64,000 nucleotides of DNA from assembly GCA_964574445.1 (NCBI GenBank), contig CAZNNQ010000005.1, positions 5,092 to 69,091 on the forward strand, in the 5' to 3' direction. This document shows positions 62,095 through 64,000 of the stretch, piece by piece (positions within the stretch are counted from its first letter, which is position 1; every line of letters begins with the position of its first letter). The notes under the pieces are model-generated. The model did no database searches. It was given only the letters and a program-made list of their open reading frames with translations, and had not been told where the DNA came from. Made by a program: the position numbers and the translations under genes. This DNA is from an uncultured Eubacteriales bacterium (GTDB taxonomy: Bacteria; Bacillota; Peptococcia; Peptococcales; SKKY01).

Positions 62095-63444
62095 ATGAAT
62101 GTTGGAGAAAAGCACGTAGTTGAAATTACTGGTTATACCCATGAAGGTCAGGGAGTAACAAGAATTGGTGATTTAGTTGTTTTTACGGAAAAAGGATTAA
62201 AAAATGAAAAATTGGAAATTGAAATAACAGAAGTTAAGAAAAATTTTGCCAGAGGAAAGATTGTAGAAATAATTGAAAGTTCTCCTTTCAGGGTTGAGCC
62301 TGACTTTGAAAAAATGGGTGGATGTAATCTTGCCCATGTAAGTTATGAGCATCAGCTTGAAATTAAGGAAGAGATAATAACCAATGCTTTAAGAATGGTT
62401 CCAGGAATAGAAGGAGCTCAAAGGGAAAAAATAATTTCCTCTGATAAGCCAGAAAGATACAGAAACAAAGGACATTTCCAGGTTCAAAGAAATAAAGATG
62501 GGAAAATTAGCTTTGGTTTCTTCGAAGAAGGAAGCCATAACTTTGTTGTAAGTAAAGAAAGTGTTTTATATTCTGAGAAGGTAAATAAAATACTAGGGAA
62601 AATAGGAACAATTCTAAGTAATGAAGGTAAAGATATTACTATTTATCACAGAAGAACAGGTCAGGGTAATCTTAAGAATATAATGATTAGGGAAAATCGT
62701 AAAACCGATGAAATAATGCTGGTTTTTGTAACTGCGGAATCTAAAAAATTAAGTAAAAAGTTTATTGGAAAAATATCTGATGAAATACCAGAAGCAACAT
62801 CAATTTATCAGAATTTAAATCCTGGCAGAAACCATGAAGTACTTGGAAAGAAAAATATCCACTTAAAAGGAAAAGAATATATTACAGATAATATCAGCAA
62901 ATTCAAATTCCAAATTTATCCAGCAACCTTTTTCCAAATCAATAAAACTCAGACAGAAAAGTTATACAAAAAAGCAATGGAATACTTGAATCCAGAAAAA
63001 GAAGAAACAATTGTTGATGCCTTTGGAGGTATTGGAACAATTGGAAGTTTTATAGCAGAAACAGCAGGAAAAGTAATAAGTATTGACGATTACGAAGGTT
63101 CAGAAAAAGAAGGAAAAGCAGCAGCAGAAATTAATAAAATAAAGAATATTGAGTTCTTAACAGGAAAAGTAGAAGAAGTACTTCCAAAATTAGAAGTAAA
63201 TCCAGATGCAATAGTTATTGACCCACCAAGGGGCGGAAGTAAAAAGGAAGTACTAGATGCAATAATTGAAAAGAAAATACCAAGAATAGTTTATATTTCC
63301 TGCAATCCAGGAACCCTGGGAAGAGATCTTAAAATATTAGCAGAAGAAGGAAACTACAAAGTAGAAAAAATAGTAGGAGTAGATATGTTCAGCGGGACAA
63401 GTCACGTTGAGACGGTTGTATTGATGTCAAGGGTTGATAAATAA
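62095..63444 (+). CDS. rlmD: 23S rRNA (uracil-5-)-methyltransferase RlmD/RumA family (TRAM plus MTase), variant lacking the [4Fe-4S] cysteines
   Basis: TRAM N-terminus, DAFGGIGTIG SAM motif, DPPRGG motif, and the catalytic Cys in YISCNPGTL. The translation contains only two Cys residues in total. Confidence 0.88.
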   Translation: MNVGEKHVVEITGYTHEGQGVTRIGDLVVFTEKGLKNEKLEIEITEVKKNFARGKIVEIIESSPFRVEPDFEKMGGCNLAHVSYEHQLEIKEEIITNALRMVPGIEGAQREKIISSDKPERYRNKGHFQVQRNKDGKISFGFFEEGSHNFVVSKESVLYSEKVNKILGKIGTILSNEGKDITIYHRRTGQGNLKNIMIRENRKTDEIMLVFVTAESKKLSKKFIGKISDEIPEATSIYQNLNPGRNHEVLGKKNIHLKGKEYITDNISKFKFQIYPATFFQINKTQTEKLYKKAMEYLNPEKEETIVDAFGGIGTIGSFIAETAGKVISIDDYEGSEKEGKAAAEINKIKNIEFLTGKVEEVLPKLEVNPDAIVIDPPRGGSKKEVLDAIIEKKIPRIVYISCNPGTLGRDLKILAEEGNYKVEKIVGVDMFSGTSHVETVVLMSRVDK

Positions 63445-63562
63445 GAGTGTGAAAGGGGCTTGAAATAAAGGGGTTTGCGAGATTTTGTAATTGCACTCAA
63501 CCTGATTTCAAGGCTTGAAAACATTTGTTGTAAGAACATATCTAAAACCCCGAAAAAATAGG

Positions 63563-63680
63563 GTTGAGTGGACATTATTACTATTTGCCTACTGAGTTGA
63601 TGATATAGATGTAAAAAGGGTGGCGAGTGGATAGTATTACTGTAAAAAGGAAGTTGAGTTGACAAAATTACTGTAACAAT
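63563..63680 (+). repeat. four degenerate direct repeats (~22-nt core) phased at 28-31 bp
   Basis: The GAGT cores start at 63566, 63594, 63625 and 63656: GAGTGGACATTATTACTAT, GAGTTGATGATATAGATGTAA, GAGTGGATAGTATTACTGTAA and GAGTTGACAAAATTACTGTAA. A partial inverted copy lies at 63483-63502 (reverse complement GGTTGAGTGCAATTAC). Confidence 0.65.
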
Positions 63681-63861
63681 AACCGAGGTAAGAATGCTAT
63701 AATTAGACTAATCAACATGCTAAAAATAATGTAATAAGATGAGTAGGCATAGACTTTTAAGCGACAAATAAAAATTTATTGAGCTGTTCTGAACACAGCT
63801 TGTTATATGGACTTACAGATAGGTAGAAGCGAGAGTTGGAGGATAATGGTTATGATAGATA

Positions 63862-64000
63862 TCGTATTCAGCGATAGTGCTTGTGGAAGTCTTAAAGTGG
63901 CACAGCATTATGGCAAAGGAAAATATCAAGGTGGGTCAATAGGCATTATTGGTAATCACGATGCAACCAAAGAGGAAGTTGAGACTGCTCGGAGGGAAGC
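63862..64000 (+). CDS. 5' end of a DUF1835-like protein (truncated by the window edge)
   Basis: ATG 63862 lies 9 nt after GGAGG. My translation, MIDIVFSDSACGSLKVAQHYGKGKYQGG..., matches my recollection of the DUF1835 N-terminal pattern (h-I-V-F-x-x-S-A-x-G-S-L-K). Confidence 0.45.

Noticed and set aside
63563-63680. A possible CRISPR array, considered because of the regularly spaced repeats.
   Set aside because: The repeats are degenerate, the period is only ~30 bp, and essentially no spacer lies between the ~22-nt cores. There are only four copies and no cas genes in view.

Overview
The window is a low-GC Firmicutes (Clostridia-like, probably anaerobic) chromosomal segment. It is densely packed and, from about 18 kb onward, entirely co-directional on the + strand. 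Nearly all of it is conserved core genome. I saw no tRNA or rRNA genes, CRISPR array, transposase, integrase or recognisable defence genes.

Gene content in order:
- cls
- an alternative heme (Ahb) cluster: two radical-SAM/SPASM enzymes plus two AsnC-like siroheme decarboxylase subunits
- fixABCX-type electron-transfer flavoprotein genes directly abutting the Ahb cluster
- small housekeeping genes and a trpP-like transporter
- map, traB, nadE, a CDF transporter, a HAD hydrolase and a parvulin
- a comG/type IV pilus operon
- aroQ-pepP-efp, nusB, nfnAB
- xseAB-ispA-[OLE RNA]-oapA-dxs-tlyA-nadK-argR-recN
- rimP-nusA-ylxR-ylxQ-infB-rbfA-nrnA-truB-ribF-rpsO-pnp
- an L-box-controlled dapB-asd-dapA operon
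- pcrA-ligA-gatCAB, a CPBP protease and rlmD

The non-coding features are the most interesting part:
1. A roughly 600-nt GC-rich structured RNA sits between ispA and a small membrane-protein gene. It fits the known OLE RNA / OapA locus.
2. A roughly 470-nt C-depleted, AAGUU-repeat-rich transcription unit lies upstream of pcrA, with a near-consensus promoter and an intrinsic terminator. I cannot assign it to any RNA class. It is my best candidate for something undescribed.
3. A 5-nt-phased (G/U)AG triplet array covers the SD and start codon of the trpP-like gene, resembling a TRAP operator.
4. An approximately 85-bp palindrome carries two perfect inverted DnaA boxes.
5. Four roughly 30-bp-phased degenerate repeats lie just downstream of rlmD at the window edge. 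They may mark a mobile-element or att boundary.

All protein calls rest on my reading of motifs in the supplied translations and on synteny. No database search or RNA-fold computation was possible.
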